From Macrostomum lignano (Eukaryota), in the NCBI GenBank assembly GCA_002269645.1, contig NIVC01000335.1, positions 91,014 to 155,013 of the forward strand: a DNA stretch of 64,000 nucleotides, read 5' to 3'. Positions 11,536-23,135 of this stretch are shown here, one piece after another. Under the pieces are notes generated by a model. It searched no databases. It was not told the DNA's origin and saw nothing but the letters and a program-made list of their open reading frames with translations. Every line of letters begins with the position of its first letter. The stretch's first letter is position 1. The position numbers and the translations under genes are program-made.

Positions 11536-14500
11536 CCAAAAACGGCCTCACAAATTCGTTCCGTGGGATGGGCACTCCAGCTATTAATAGTGGCAATCGT
11601 CAGCATTGCTGTTGACAAGCAGTGCTATGCGACAAAGACCAACTACCAGTGCTATCACTGGTACAGCAGTTCGGCAACGCCTATGCTCATAATTCCTAGA
11701 AAGTCACCAATTAAAGTAACCGTCTCAATCACCGCGACAAGTTCTCGTTGTCACGTTCAGTTGATGAAGCCAAATCAAATTTCTTCACCTGGTTACTATG
11801 TTATTAGACTGCTTGACAACAAGGACTCGAATGGTTCGGCGCTGATTTTGCAAGATACATTTCTGGCAAGTTCAACCATTGCTCAGGTGTTCAAACTCAA
11901 CCAGTCTATTTATCGAAGCTTTGCAACGAAAGGCGATTCAGCTTATCTGTTAATGAGGGGAGCAACAGGTGTTGAGGACTCTATTAGTGTGCAGGTAAGT
12001 TTTTTCTACAAAACGCTATAATGTTTAGAACAAGCGCGCGGGTAAATATGACAGCAATCAAAGTCAACACTGACCAACAGATGGGGTCAACACTGACCAA
12101 CAGATAGGGTCAACACTGACCAACAGATAGGGTCAACACTGACCAACAGATAGGGTCAACACTGACCAACAGATAGGGTCAACACTGGCCAACAGATAGG
12201 GTCAACACTGGCCAACAGATAGGGTCAACACTGCAGTTGGAGTTCGTCACTGATTGTCCGCACGGCTGGTTGCCAATTAGAAACAACAAAATAAGCCGCT
12301 GCTTCGGCACTCCGACTGGACATTCGCCGTCGGCCAATTTCCCCCAAGCACAAACCGGTTGTCGAATAATGCGATCCAATCTGGCCATGCATTTTGGCCA
12401 GGATTTGGAAGCTTTGAAAAAACTAACGATTGAGACTGACGCCATGGAAAGTAAAAGTGTTGATGCAGGCTACTGGGTTGGAGCTCTGCTCACCCGTGGC
12501 GATGCAAGTGCAGCGGACCAGCGGGAGCGTGCAATATTTCTTAATGGCGAGGATTTTCCAATTAGGTAAGTAGGCAGAGCAGCTTTCACAAGACCTGATC
12601 TGAATTTAACATAGTCAAAAATTTTAATCATCCATTTTTAGGAAACTTTTAGGCAGCACGAAATTCCGGTCATACGAGCGTATAAAATCTTTGCGTTATG
12701 AAAGTATAGATGCTTAATTTTTTATGAGGGACTCTGGAATTCTTGAAAGCTGTCTTAACCTTTTTTGGCGCCACAGGCACTCATTTAAGCGCCACAGACA
12801 CTCATTTTAGCGCAACAGACACTCATTTTGGCGCCGCAGGTACTCATTTCGGCGCTATATTTTGGCGCCCAGAAGAAAAATTATTGATTTCTGTTGTGTA
12901 TTGCAAAGGCATGCGATGCGTAGGGATAGTTCGGGGACAGCGTTTCTAGAAACTTCCACCGCGGACTTGTTTACGCATAGTTCCAGAAGTTTCCTCCCCG
13001 GTCTTTCTAGAACTTTCCTTCCCCGCCTGCATAAATATACGAGCCGCCCTCCTATTGGCCAAGCCCTCTTTTGGTGCCACTGGGCGCCCGGATAATTATC
13101 TATCTAGTTTCTGCGTTCGTTAATTCAACAACAGAACATTGGCGACGAGGATGGCGGCTAGCATCCCTGCACCCACGCCCTTCCTGGCGAACTGCGGATC
13201 ACCGACAGTACCATGGAGCCGATGGATTGAGGCCTTTGAATTTTACTACGAGGCGGCCCAATTCAAGGAGCCCGAAGGGAAGGAAGAGGCGAAACCGCTG
13301 AAGAAGAGCCTTCTGCTCCATCTGCTTGGATTCGAAGGTCAGCGGGTCGCTCGAGCACGCCAAGCAATCAAGGAGAACGACACGTTCGCAGCCACTAAGG
13401 CGGAGCTCGAGAAGATCTTCGGCGAGAAGCCCAACGTGATGGTGGCCAGATATCGCTTCCGCCAGCGCCAGCAGCTACCCGGCGAGGACGTCAAGACCTT
13501 CGTGGCAGCCCTGAGGGAGCTGACGGAGCTGTGCAACTACGGCGCGATACAGGACGATCTCATCAGAGACCAGCTGGCTGAGAAGACCAGTAACCCCAGA
13601 ATCCGAGAGAGGCTGCTGACGGAGAAGGTGGAGGACCTCAACCTGGCGAAAGCGCTCAGCATCGCGGTCTCCATCGAGGAAGCCTCCAAAGAAGCCAAGG
13701 CGATGGCGCCATCAACCTCGAGCACGGCGGCTGCCGTCCAATCGATCCGACAGCCGAGGGGCCAGAAGGTCGCTGCAAAGGGGAGGCACCGCCCAGCACC
13801 AGCTGGCAGGACGGCCAAACCCGGCGGCGCCTGCACACGCTGCGGGCGAGACCACGGACCGACGGCCCCCTGTCCGGCCAAGGGCAAGACATGCGACGCC
13901 TGTGGCAAGAAGAACCACTTCCGGAGTTGCTGTCGCAGCCAGCAGACTGCTGTCAATGCCGCGGACGAGGTGATCACAGTCTACACAGTGCCAGGTGGCG
14001 ACAGGGAGGTCCGGGCGACGCTGGAACTCGGACCGGACAGGACCGCTGTCAGCCTGATGGTGGACTGCGGCGCAAGGGTGTCGCTGCTGTCCCGACAGAC
14101 CGCCGACCGGATCTCAGGTGGAGTCACCTCTCCCACCACGACGAAGCTGCGTGCCTACGGCGGACTGCCGATCCAGCTAAGTGGTGTCACCGAGCTGGAG
14201 GTGCGCTACGGCGACAAGGCGATGCAGCACCGGTTCTTTGTTGCGCCAGGCGGTGACAACATCGTCGGTAGAGACCTGATGGAGAAGCTGGGCTTCCGAG
14301 CCGACCTTAGCGGGCAGCCGCCCGGAATCGCGGAGGTCAGCGACTTGACGGCGGACTTGCAGGCGCGGTACCCAACGACCTTCAGCGGTGCGATAGGATG
14401 CTGCGCCGGCGCTGTACACCAGCCCAAGGTCGACCCGGCGGTGCGACCTGTCCAGCAGCCACTCCGCCGCCTGCCTCTCATGCGACAGGAGCAGGTCGGT

Positions 14501-17500
14501 GCCGAACTCGACAAGATGGAGAAGGACGGCATCATCGAGCGAGTCAACGCTAGCGAGTGGGTCTCCAATTTAGTGGTGACGGCGAAGAAGGATGGCAGCA
14601 TCCGAATCTGCGTCGATGTTCGCGAGCCGAAAAAGGCACTGATCGTCGACAAGCACCCGATGCCACAGCTGGACGAGATTGCCTCGATGATCAAGAAAGG
14701 TCGTGGCCGAGTGTTCAGCAAGATTGATCTGAAGTCGGGGTACATGCAGATGCAGCTGCACGAATCGAGCCGCAATCTGACAGCCTTCATCACGCACAAG
14801 GGGCTCTTCCGCTATCGTCGAGTTCCCTTCGGCCTGGCATCGGCACCAGCTGCTTTCCAGCGCATGCTCGACGACCAGGCCGCCGACCTCGACGGAGTGG
14901 AGCACATCCTGGATGACTTCATCGTGTACGGGCGCAGCGAGGAGGAGCACGATCGACGACTGGAGAAGTTGCTCCAGCGCCTCGAGGACAAGGGCATGAC
15001 GGTGAACAAGCAGAAGTGCGCCTTCAAGCAGAAAGAGGTCGAATTCTTCGGATTCGTGATCTCGGAGGCCGGCATCCGGCCAACGGAGTCAGCCACAGCG
15101 GCCATCAGGGACATCCGGCAGCCCGGAGATCAGAAGGCGTTGAAGTCATTCCTAGGCGCCGCCAACTTCCTGATACGCTTCGTGCCGCACTACGCCGACA
15201 TCACAGAGCCGCTTCGAAGGCTCCTGAAGGCCGACTCCAACTTCGACTGGACGCCGGAGTGCCAACGAGCGTTCGAGGCTGTGAAGGACGCCATCAGCAA
15301 GGCACCGACGCTCGCCCACTTCGACCCGAAGGCCGACACTATTGTCACCACGGACGCCAGCGCCAAGGCCATCGGAGCCCAGCTGTCGCAGATCCGGGAC
15401 GGCGTCGAGCGACCGGTCGCCTTCGCCGCCTGAGCGCTGACGACGACGGAACAGCGCTACGCTGCGAACGAGCGCGAGGCACTGGCTAGCCTCTGGGCGA
15501 TGGAGAAGTGGCATTTCTACCTCTACGGTCGTCACTTTGAGCTGCGCACAGATCATCAGGCGCTGCAGCAGCTGCTTCTCGGACCGACCGGCACGGGACA
15601 CCGGCCACTGCGGATCCACAGGTGGTGCGACCGGCTGCTGCAGTACGACTTCCATGTGCGCTACCTGCCAGGAAACAGCAACTACGTTGCCGATCTGCTG
15701 TCCCGGTCGTGCGACACTGCGTAGCGTGCGAGACAGCCGAGAAGAACTTTAAGGTCAGTCCGGCCCCGCTCAAGACCATACGCTGGCCAGATTCGCCATG
15801 GGCAGAGATCGCCGTGGACATCGTCGGAGAACTGCAGGCGGCGCCGGCCTCCAGCAGGTACCTCATCGTCGTGACTGACCTGCACAGCAAGTGGCCGGAG
15901 GTCATCCCGACGGCCAGCATCACCACGGAGACCATCTGCCGAGCGATGCGCAGCCTGTTCGCAAGGTGGGGGCTGTGCGAGAAGGTGCTGACAGACAACG
16001 GCCCGCAGTTTGGCAGCGAGTTCTCGGACTTCCTGGCCGAGCAGGGCATCCGGCACGTCAAGACCAGCCTCTACCATCCGCAGACCAACGGCCAGACGGA
16101 GCGTCTCAATCGGTCGCTGCTCGCCAGCATCAGAGCGGCCATGGCGGAGAACAGGCCGTTTCAAGACGCCGTGACCAACTTCTTGTCTGCCTACCGGAGC
16201 TCCAAGCACAGCCTGACGGGCAAGTCACCGGCCGAGCTCATGCTGGGTCGGAAGTGGCGCACCGCGATCACCATGCTGTCTCCCGGAGGGGGGGATGACA
16301 ACGACCGAGGCGACGCCTCAGGCACTGCGGCAGCAAATCGAGGCGCGGCAGCAGCAGATCAAGGCCTACACCGATGCCAGGCGAAGGGCCCGCCCCGAGA
16401 CGTTCCACCCCGGCGAGTGGGTGAGAATCCGACGGCCCACCAAGAAGGGCAAGCTGGGTACCCGCCTCTCACGGCCACTCCAAGTGCTCCGTCAGGCGGG
16501 ACACCACGCGGTCGAGCTCAGCGACGGCACCAGATGGAACCAGCAGCGGCTGACCCAAACGCCGCACCCGGCGCAGCCGAGAGAGCGGTTCGACCCACTG
16601 GTGGACTCGGCGCCAACGACCGGAGACGGCACGGCGGCACCGGCAGCACCGGCCTCGGAGCCTCCGGCAAGAACAGCAGCGCCCCGCGATCTGAGCGAGC
16701 CAGGCACCCGCCGATACGCTTCATGAACTGCCGCTGGGACTGATTAAAGTGAAGCTTGGGGACTGTTGGACTCCTTGAAGGAGGGGAAGAATGTTGTGTA
16801 TTGCAAAGGCATGCGATGCGTAGGGATAGTTCGGGGACAGCGTTTCTAGAAACTTCCACCGCGGACTTGTTTACGCATAGTTCCAGAAGTTTCCTCCCCC
16901 GGTCTTTCTAGAACTTTCCTTCCCCGCCTGCATAAATATACGAGCCGCCCTCCTATTGGCCAAGCCCTCTTTTGGTGCCACTGGGCGCCCGGATAATTAT
17001 CTATCTAGTTTCTGCGTTCGTTAATTCAACAACAGAACAATTTCCACAACGTTTCACAAGGTGGAGTGGGGAGGACAAAGCATTGGCATGTCCTCCATAG
17101 CTTTTACTGGGGGGGGGACATGCCCCCCCGGTGGCGACGCGCCTGACTAACTATCACGTCACCCCAAAAACCCTCCCAGCCTTCATTCCAGCGGCTCTTA
17201 CTGTCGTCACATCTATTTACTGTCAATACCGAACCGAGTGCCAGAATTTCGTGCGGACTGCACTAAGGGCGCAGTGAGCAGAGCTTACATTTGCAGCAGT
17301 GCCCGAAGCACAAGGTGACAGCCAGTTCTACACTGACAATGGAACTGTGACAGTCTCTGATGCTGTTTATCAGCGGTCAATTCTTATTAGCGATTCTCAG
17401 TCGAGAATGCGAGATAATAACGCTTATTTAATTGGCGCTGTTATAGCTACTCTGTTTATAACTGTAGCTGCTATTGTTGTAGCAGTGACTCTGACTTTGC

Positions 17501-17741
17501 GGCGCCATCAAAGGATTCTGCGCTATCATCAGCGGCAGCGGCAGTTTCAGCTGGGCCTTTCATATTTGCCAAATGAACTTCAAAGCACACCGCCGCCTAG
17601 CTATGCTGCAAGCGTTTTTATGTATAACAGGTAGTAATGAGGACAATTATATTAATAATAATTGCGAAGACGCTTCTGAGTCTTCGAGTCCGCCGCCAAG
17701 GCTATGAAGCTGCCATGGCTGGCAATTACATGTACGTGTAG
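11536..17741 (+). CDS. Type I membrane protein with C-type lectin-like domain and cytoplasmic PPxY motifs (frameshifted as assembled)
   Basis: Exons 11536-11994 (hydrophobic WALQLLIVAIVSIAV leader), 12237-12565 (CPHGW...C...AQTGC...LA...YWVG) and 17192 onward (GSYC...FRADC...AYIC). Then TM LIGAVIATLFITVAAIVVAVTLTL-RRH and PPPSY. Phases 0 and 2 agree at GT-AG junctions. Apparent +1 frameshifts near 17297, 17631 and 17699. Start codon not located. Confidence 0.65.
12065..12232. repeat. 23-bp intronic minisatellite running into the splice acceptor
   Basis: Unit GGGTCAACACTGACCAACAGATA, ~7 copies. The last unit ends ...CAACACTGCAG, which is the acceptor at 12236. Confidence 0.93.
12762..12870. 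repeat. Short 21-bp tandem repeat
   Basis: ~5 copies of GCGCCACAG(A/G)CACTCATTTT(A/G)-like units just 5' of the LTR element. Confidence 0.8.
13140..13154 (+). promoter_or_regulatory. Primer binding site complementary to the tRNA-Ser(GCU) 3' end; overlaps the gag ATG
   Basis: TGGCGACGAGGATGG is the reverse complement of the recalled eukaryotic tRNA-Ser(GCU) end ...CCAUCCUCGUCGCCA. Confidence 0.75.
13151..16743 (+). pseudogene. gag-pol polyprotein of the Gypsy/Mag element (disrupted)
   Basis: ATG 13151. Two Zn knuckles (CTRCGRDHGPTAPC, CDACGKKNHFRSCC), protease VDCGA, RT (FSKIDLKSGY, ILDDFIV), RNase H (TDAS). In-frame TGA at 15431-15433 in VAFAA*ALT. Jump from DLLSR straight to VRHCVAC at ~15710 (the His-His half of the integrase Zn finger is missing). 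Integrase DIVG/DNGPQF/GQTERLN. Frameshift near the G7 run at 16288-16294. Confidence 0.92.
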
Positions 17742-17789
17742 CCTGCGACTGGAGCTGGGCCGATCGTTCAGGGAGGTTTTCCATTCCTA

Positions 17790-18085
17790 TCAGTGCCTTA
17801 ATCAGTGAGGTTTTCTACTCTTATCACGGGGTTATCAGTGAGAGGTTTTCCACTCAGCTTATCAGGGCCTTATCAGTGAGGGTTTCCACTCAGCTTATCA
17901 GGGCCTTATCAGTGAGGGTTTCCACTCAGCTTATCAGGGCCTTATCAGTGAGGGTTTCCACTCAGCTTATCAGGGCCTTATCAGTGAGGGTTTCCACTCA
18001 GCTTATCAGGGCCTTATCAGTGAGGGTTTCCACTCAGCTTATCAGGGCCTTATCAGTGAGGGTTTCCACTCGTATCACGGGTTTA
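17790..18085. repeat. 36-bp tandem repeat
   Basis: Unit CAGCTTATCAGGGCCTTATCAGTGAGGGTTTCCACT, ~6 near-perfect copies plus degenerate flanks. Confidence 0.95.
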
Positions 18086-18967
18086 TCAATGAGATTTTTT
18101 TCATACGAAGACCTCTTTTTTATTGTCTATGGCCCAACAGGTCTGTGAAACAGCCAATTGGCAAAATAAAACAACTTGGGCATGGCATTTTGACCATAGA
18201 CAATGAAAAGCAAGTTTTCAGAAGCTTGTGATTTCCCACTGAGGATTTGAAAGCAAAGGACAACTAAAAAACTCGGGACCCGGGAAACGAGCTGTCCTTG
18301 GTTGAAAGTTAGTCGTTAGATCTCTCTGTTTTTGCGACATGTACATACACATGCGATTATGTAATTATGTATTGCGATTTGCAGTGTGTAATAGAGTCTA
18401 GCTCACCAGACGCTCAAAACTTTTTGAGATTTAAGTTAAGCATGTATTTCTTGTAAAAAATCCTGCAATTACAGATTTACTGTAGTTTGTGGTACATAAT
18501 CTGCGCTTTCAGAGTTTTATTGAACTGTTTTGTTTCGTTTTACTCAAAATAAAACTTTATTTTTTAATTTTTTTTTAACTTTTTTACAGTTTTTTTACTA
18601 TCCTTTTAAAATCGTGTGCTTGACGTGGCGCCGTGGCGGGTATCTTAAAGTCTAGATAAGTCTTATCAGTGAGACTGATTAAGTTGAATAAGTTGGCAAA
18701 TTAAGATTTTCTAGCAAGATTCAAATATTTTCGCGATATTTAAACATTGAAAAGTCGTCACCCTCTGCCCCAGTGAGCTTGTGTCTTTCGACCAGCGTCT
18801 ATCCCTTGGCCAACCATTTTGATATTAAAACCGGAAGCTTCAATCCATCCAATCTCCGCCCTCCGCCTTCCAAATCGCTCCTCACCCAGCCCAACTCTGC
18901 GTCGCGTGGCGCAAGTTGCGTCACTCAAAAGTCAATACTGAGCTGGAATTTACTGCGCTCTCTCAAA

Positions 18968-19465
18968 GGGACAGAGGGCGTCAGAGGGGGGACAGAGGGC
19001 GTCAGAGGGAGGACAGAGGGCGTCAGAGGGGGACAGAGGGCGTCAGAGGGAGGACAGAGGGCGTCAGAGGGGGGACAGAGGGTGTCAGGGGGGACAGAGG
19101 GTGTCAGGGGGGACAGAGGGTGTCAGGGGGGACAGAGGGCGTCAGAGGGGGGACAGAGGGCGTCAGAGGGAGGACAGAGGGCGTCAGAGGGGGACAGAGG
19201 GTGTCAGGGGGACAGAGGGTGTCAGGACAGAGGGCGTCGGAGGGGACAGAGGGTGTCAGGGGGGACAGAGGGCGTCGAAGGCGACAGAGGGTGTCAGGGG
19301 GGACGGAGGGCGTCAGAGGGGGACAGAGGGTGTCAGAGGGGGGACAGAGGGCGTCAGAGGGGGGACAGAGGGTGTCAGAGGGGGGACAGAGGGCGTCAGG
19401 GGGGGACAAAGGGTGTCGGAGGGGACAGAGGGCGTCAGGGGGGACAGAGGGTGTCAGAGGGGACA
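18968..19465. repeat. ~21-22-bp G-rich tandem repeat
   Basis: Unit GGGACAGAGGG(C/T)GTCAGAGG with variable G-runs. Confidence 0.93.
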
Positions 19466-19967
19466 TTTGAAGAAAAACACGAGCCAGAAATCTGCTGTAG
19501 CAGAAGACGCTTTTAAAAATGGTTTGGGCACACAGCCCAGTAGGAAAATTATTTTTTCTACTTTTTGTCATATCGCATGCGAACAATCTAAGCTTATTTC
19601 GCATTCAAATTCGTGTAATAACCAATTATTTTATTTCATTCTTGCTACGAAACTTTGTGCAAAAAAAGATAAAATAGTACTTAAACCTACTAACATCAGG
19701 GTAACCGTGACATTTTTATTTTAGACGTCAATAAATAAATGACTATAATTATAATTTTATGATAAAGTCTACTAAATAGGCATTTATACTACTCAATATA
19801 AACGGTGAATAAGTAGTATAAAATAAACACGCGACAGCAGCTGTATATGAATATCTTATATAGCTTAGCAAACCGAATAACAGCGCAGAGATCATTGTAA
19901 TTAGAGCAAATGGGGCTCAGTACATATTAATGTTTGTTCGAGGCTTGGCTTACCCACCCCGTTCAAG

Positions 19968-20485
19968 TCAGTCTCCGCACTCCAAGTTGTCTGAGGCGTA
20001 GGCGGCCCAGCTCTTGGCCTCCTTCTTCTTTATGGTGAGGGTGACCTTCCCGTCCGAGAGCTTCAGCTTGGTGCTGCCCTCCACTATCTCGCCCGGCAGC
20101 TTCTTCACCCGGAACTCCAGGCTCTTGTCCGCGTCCGCCTGCACCGTCACGTGAACAGAGCTGCGTAGTGCGATAGCGGAGCATTGAGATATGCGAGAGT
20201 AGTTTGGGAAAGTTTACTGCATTTATTGTGCCTTAGTGTGTGTGTCTTAGTGGGGTGTCTTAGTGTCTCTCTTAGTGTGTCTTAGTGGGGGTGTCTTAGT
20301 GTCTGTCTGTCTGTCTTAGTGTCTGTCTGCCTGTCAGTCAGCACTCACTCGGCCGTTAGTTTCAACTCAGACTTTGACTTCTTCTTGACGCCGGCATCGC
20401 TAAGGAAAACTGTGCAGACGCCTTTCTTAGGCTGCTCGTCGTTGATGTCAACAACGGAGAACTCGCTGGCGCCCGAGTTTGCCAT
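19968..20485 (-). CDS. Small stand-alone CS (p23/HSP20-like) domain protein, 109 aa
   Basis: Exon 1 is 20485-20349 (ATG...GCCGA|GTGAGT) and exon 2 is 20160-19968 (CAG|C). Phase 2 matches and the total is 330 nt. Protein MANSGASEFSVVDINDEQPKKGVCTVFLSDAGVKKKSKSELKLTADSVHVTV...KLPGEIVEGSTKLKLSDGKVTLTIKKKEAKSWAAY... shows the CS-domain end signature (LPxEI...S...KVTLTLKK...W). Confidence 0.8.
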
Positions 20486-20661
20486 GATCGTACCGTGCGA
20501 TTCGAGGGAGGAATCTATATTCCTCCTGGTAGGATGCCGGTAGCGCCGGGCCTAAGGCTGGGTGTACAACCGGGGTTGCTAGACAGTCGCTAACGCAGAT
20601 GGATCACTTCGGTCTGGAATCAATTAATTTCACAGTAGCATAGTCTGTCTGTATTTGTGCA

Positions 20662-20900
20662 TTTTCGATACATATCGGCTGTGGAATATACCGTAGTTTC
20701 GATACATATCGGCTGTGGAATATAGTTTCGATACATATCGGCTGTGGAATATACCGTAGTTTCAATACATATCGGCTGTGGAATATAGTTTCGATACATA
20801 TCGGCTGTGGAATATACCGTATTTTCGATACATATCGGCTGTGGAATATACCGTATTTTCGATACATATCGGCTGTGGAATATAGTTTCGATACATATCG
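20662..20900. repeat. 27/33-bp alternating tandem repeat
   Basis: TTCGATACATATCGGCTGTGGAATATA(CCGT)AGT-like units, ~7 copies. Confidence 0.9.
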
Positions 20901-21469
20901 ATCTAATATCGTAAAAGATAAATTAGATACTAATGCAGATAACTAAATTGAAAAAGTAGAAAGGTTTAGATGGATGAAGCAGAATTCAGTTAAAATTTGA
21001 GAGTCTACATTCTCAACCAAGTGTATTTACAAGCTCTCATAGATTTTTCACAGAGCGTCAACGTTACTACTCGTAGAAGTTCACAGTGGGAAATTTTTAG
21101 AAATGACATGTACGCAACACGTAAGAAGCATTGCTCAAATGACAGATAATTAAAAGAAACTGAATAAGCCAATCTGGTTTTTGAAAGTAAATGAAAGTAA
21201 ATTTGAAATTTGTTGTTTGCAGTTGCTCATCTTGAAAGTGTGATCTGCAAGTTCTTGACTGGTTAAAACAAGAATGAAATATTCAGAGAATAGGTAAATT
21301 CAAATGGCTGAATGAAACGCCAGTATGTTGCTATTATAGAATACGAAGATGAAAGATGAGTTGACATACTAACTAGCAAACAAAGGACGTTTTTTTAATG
21401 ACGGGGAAGGAATATAAAAAAAAGAAATGACAAAAAATGAACTTGAGAGACGTTGAAGAAGATCAAAGA

Positions 21470-22275
21470 TGAAAGAAAAGACAGCAGAGAGAAAAGAAGG
21501 GAGAGAGGGAGAGAGAGGGGGGAGAAGGAACAGAAGGGAGAGAAGGGAGAGGGAGAGGGAGAGAGGGAGAGAGGGAGAGAGGGAAAGAGAGGGGGAGAGA
21601 AGGAGAGGAGAGAGGAAGAGAAGGAAGAGAAGGGAGAGGGAGAGAGGAAGAGAAGGAAGAGAAGGGAGAGGGAGAGGGAGAGAAGGGAGAGGGAGAGAGA
21701 AGAGAAAGGAAGAGAAGGGAGAGGGAGAGGGAGAGAAGGAAGAGAAGGGAGAGGGAGAGAAGGAAGAGAAGGGAGAGGGAGAGAAGGAAGAGAAGGGAGA
21801 GGGAGAGAAGGAAGAGAAGGGAGAGGGAGAGAAGGAAGAGAAGGGAGAGGGAGAGAAGGAAGAGAAGGGAGAGGGAGAGAAGGAAGAGAAAGGAGAGGGA
21901 GAGAAGGAAGAGAAGGGAGAGGGAGAGAAGGAAGAGAAGGGAGAGGGAGAGAAGGAAGAGAAGGGAGAGGGAGAGAAGGGAGAGAAGGGAGAGGGAGAGA
22001 AGGAAGAGAAGGGAGAGGGAGAGAAGGAAGAGAAGGGAGAGGGAGAGAAGGAAGAGAAAGGAGAGGGAGAGAAGGAAGAGAAGGGAGAGGGAGAGAAGGA
22101 AGAGAAGGGAGAGGGAGAGGGAGAGGAGAGGAAGAGAAGGAAGAGAAGGGAGAGGGAGAGAGGAAGAGAAGGAAGAGAAGGGAGAGGGAGAGGGAGAGAG
22201 GAAGAGAAGGAAGAGAAGGGAGAGTGAGAGAAGGAAGAGAAGGGATAGGGAGAGGAGAGGAAGAGAAGGGAGAAA
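21470..22275. repeat. Polypurine (GA) tract with a 24-bp core unit
   Basis: Unit GGGAGAGGGAGAGAAGGAAGAGAA. Almost no pyrimidines over ~800 bp. Confidence 0.97.
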
Positions 22276-22313
22276 GCAGACACAGGAGACTCGGGAGGCC
22301 GCACCAGCCCAGC

Positions 22314-22799
22314 TCAGTCAAGCCGCGCAGCAAAGGAGGAGCCGCAGCTGCAGCCCTTCTCAGCCTGCGGATTGGACACAACCTTGAAGCCCTCCCTAAT
22401 CAGTTCGCGCTGATAGTCCAACGTGCAGCCGCGAAGCAGCTCCAACGAGTCGACATCGATGAAGACCTTCGCCCCGCCGCCGTCGGGACATTCAATAGTG
22501 CAATCATCGGCGGCAGCGCCAGAGCTGGTGTCGTCCAGCAAGAATTTGTATTGGAAACCGGAACAGCCGCCGCCTTCAACTAAGACGCGCAGGTGGCTGC
22601 CCTGAGTCCGGTGCAGCTCGGAGAGCCGGCGTGAGCACTCGTCTGTCAGGCGAATCGGCGGCTGCGATGACTGAGCAGCATTCGTGTCAGACAGCCAATG
22701 CCGACAAATATTGTTAAACACAGGTGTTAGTTTCTGCTGCTGCAGAAATAGCAGCTTTTTACTGCCAGCGGCAGCGGCTGCGACAGCTAGGGACTGCAT
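22314..22799 (-). CDS. ISCA2: Iron-sulfur cluster assembly 2 homolog, mitochondrial (A-type carrier), single exon, 161 aa
   Basis: ATG 22799. Ala/Ser/Lys-rich acid-poor presequence. LRVLVEGGGCSGFQYKF, VFIDVDSLELLRGCTLDYQRELIREGF and NPQAEKGCSCGSSF hold the three conserved Cys. Confidence 0.93.
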   Translation of the reverse strand: MQSLAVAAAAAGSKKLLFLQQQKLTPVFNNICRHWLSDTNAAQSSQPPIRLTDECSRRLSELHRTQGSHLRVLVEGGGCSGFQYKFLLDDTSSGAAADDCTIECPDGGGAKVFIDVDSLELLRGCTLDYQRELIREGFKVVSNPQAEKGCSCGSSFAARLD

Positions 22800-22879
22800 G
22801 AGACGGAGTGGTGAGGGGGGTTGCGTTTGATTGACACTGATTTTTTTGTTTCTACATATGCGATGCTTACTCATAATGT

Positions 22880-23135
22880 ACCTGGTCCAGTCTCTCTGCT
22901 TCATCTGTTCCTGTCTGCTCTACCTGTTCTTGTCTTGCTTTACCTGTTCCTGTCTGCTCTACCTGTTCCTGTCTGCTCTACCTGTTCCTGTCTGCTCTAC
23001 CTGTTCCTGTCTGCTCTACCTGTTCCTGTCTACTATACCCGTTCCTGTCTGCTCTACATGTTCCTGTGTACTCTATCTGTTCCTGTCTACTCTAACTGTT
23101 CCTGTCTACTCTAACTGTTCCTGTCTGCCCTACCT
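22880..23135. repeat. 19-bp tandem repeat upstream of ISCA2
   Basis: Unit CTCTACCTGTTCCTGTCTG. Confidence 0.92.

Larger units (their letters stand above)
12892..17039 (+). mobile_element. Ty3/Gypsy LTR retrotransposon, probably Mag clade, 4148 bp, internally deleted
   Basis: LTRs 12892-13138 and 16792-17039 (TG...CA), identical except one extra C in a C-run. 5-bp TSD ATTTC (12887-12891 and 17040-17044). PBS TGGCGACGAGGATGG at 13140-13154. PPT GAAGGAGGGGAAGAA at 16777-16791. Domain order gag-PR-RT-RH-INT. Confidence 0.97.

Noticed and set aside
15431-15433. In-frame TGA in pol as programmed readthrough or selenocysteine
   Set aside because: It lies inside the RNase H motif (AFASRxL), where Arg is expected. 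A CGA-to-TGA mutation is the simpler explanation, and the copy has other lesions.
13339-16859. Many antisense and alternate-frame ORFs over the Gypsy element, CAMTA and the GH47-like gene
   Set aside because: They are shadow ORFs of GC-rich coding sequence with no recognisable motifs.
20507-20526. 8-bp hairpin in the 5' UTR of the CS gene as an iron-responsive element (tempting given nearby ISCA2)
   Set aside because: The loop is ATAG on the mRNA strand, not CAGUGN, and there is no C-bulge. It is too short to be significant.
21369-22583. Several 250-376-aa GE/RE/PSL-rich ORFs
   Set aside because: They arise from the polypurine tract, which has few stop codons in any frame.
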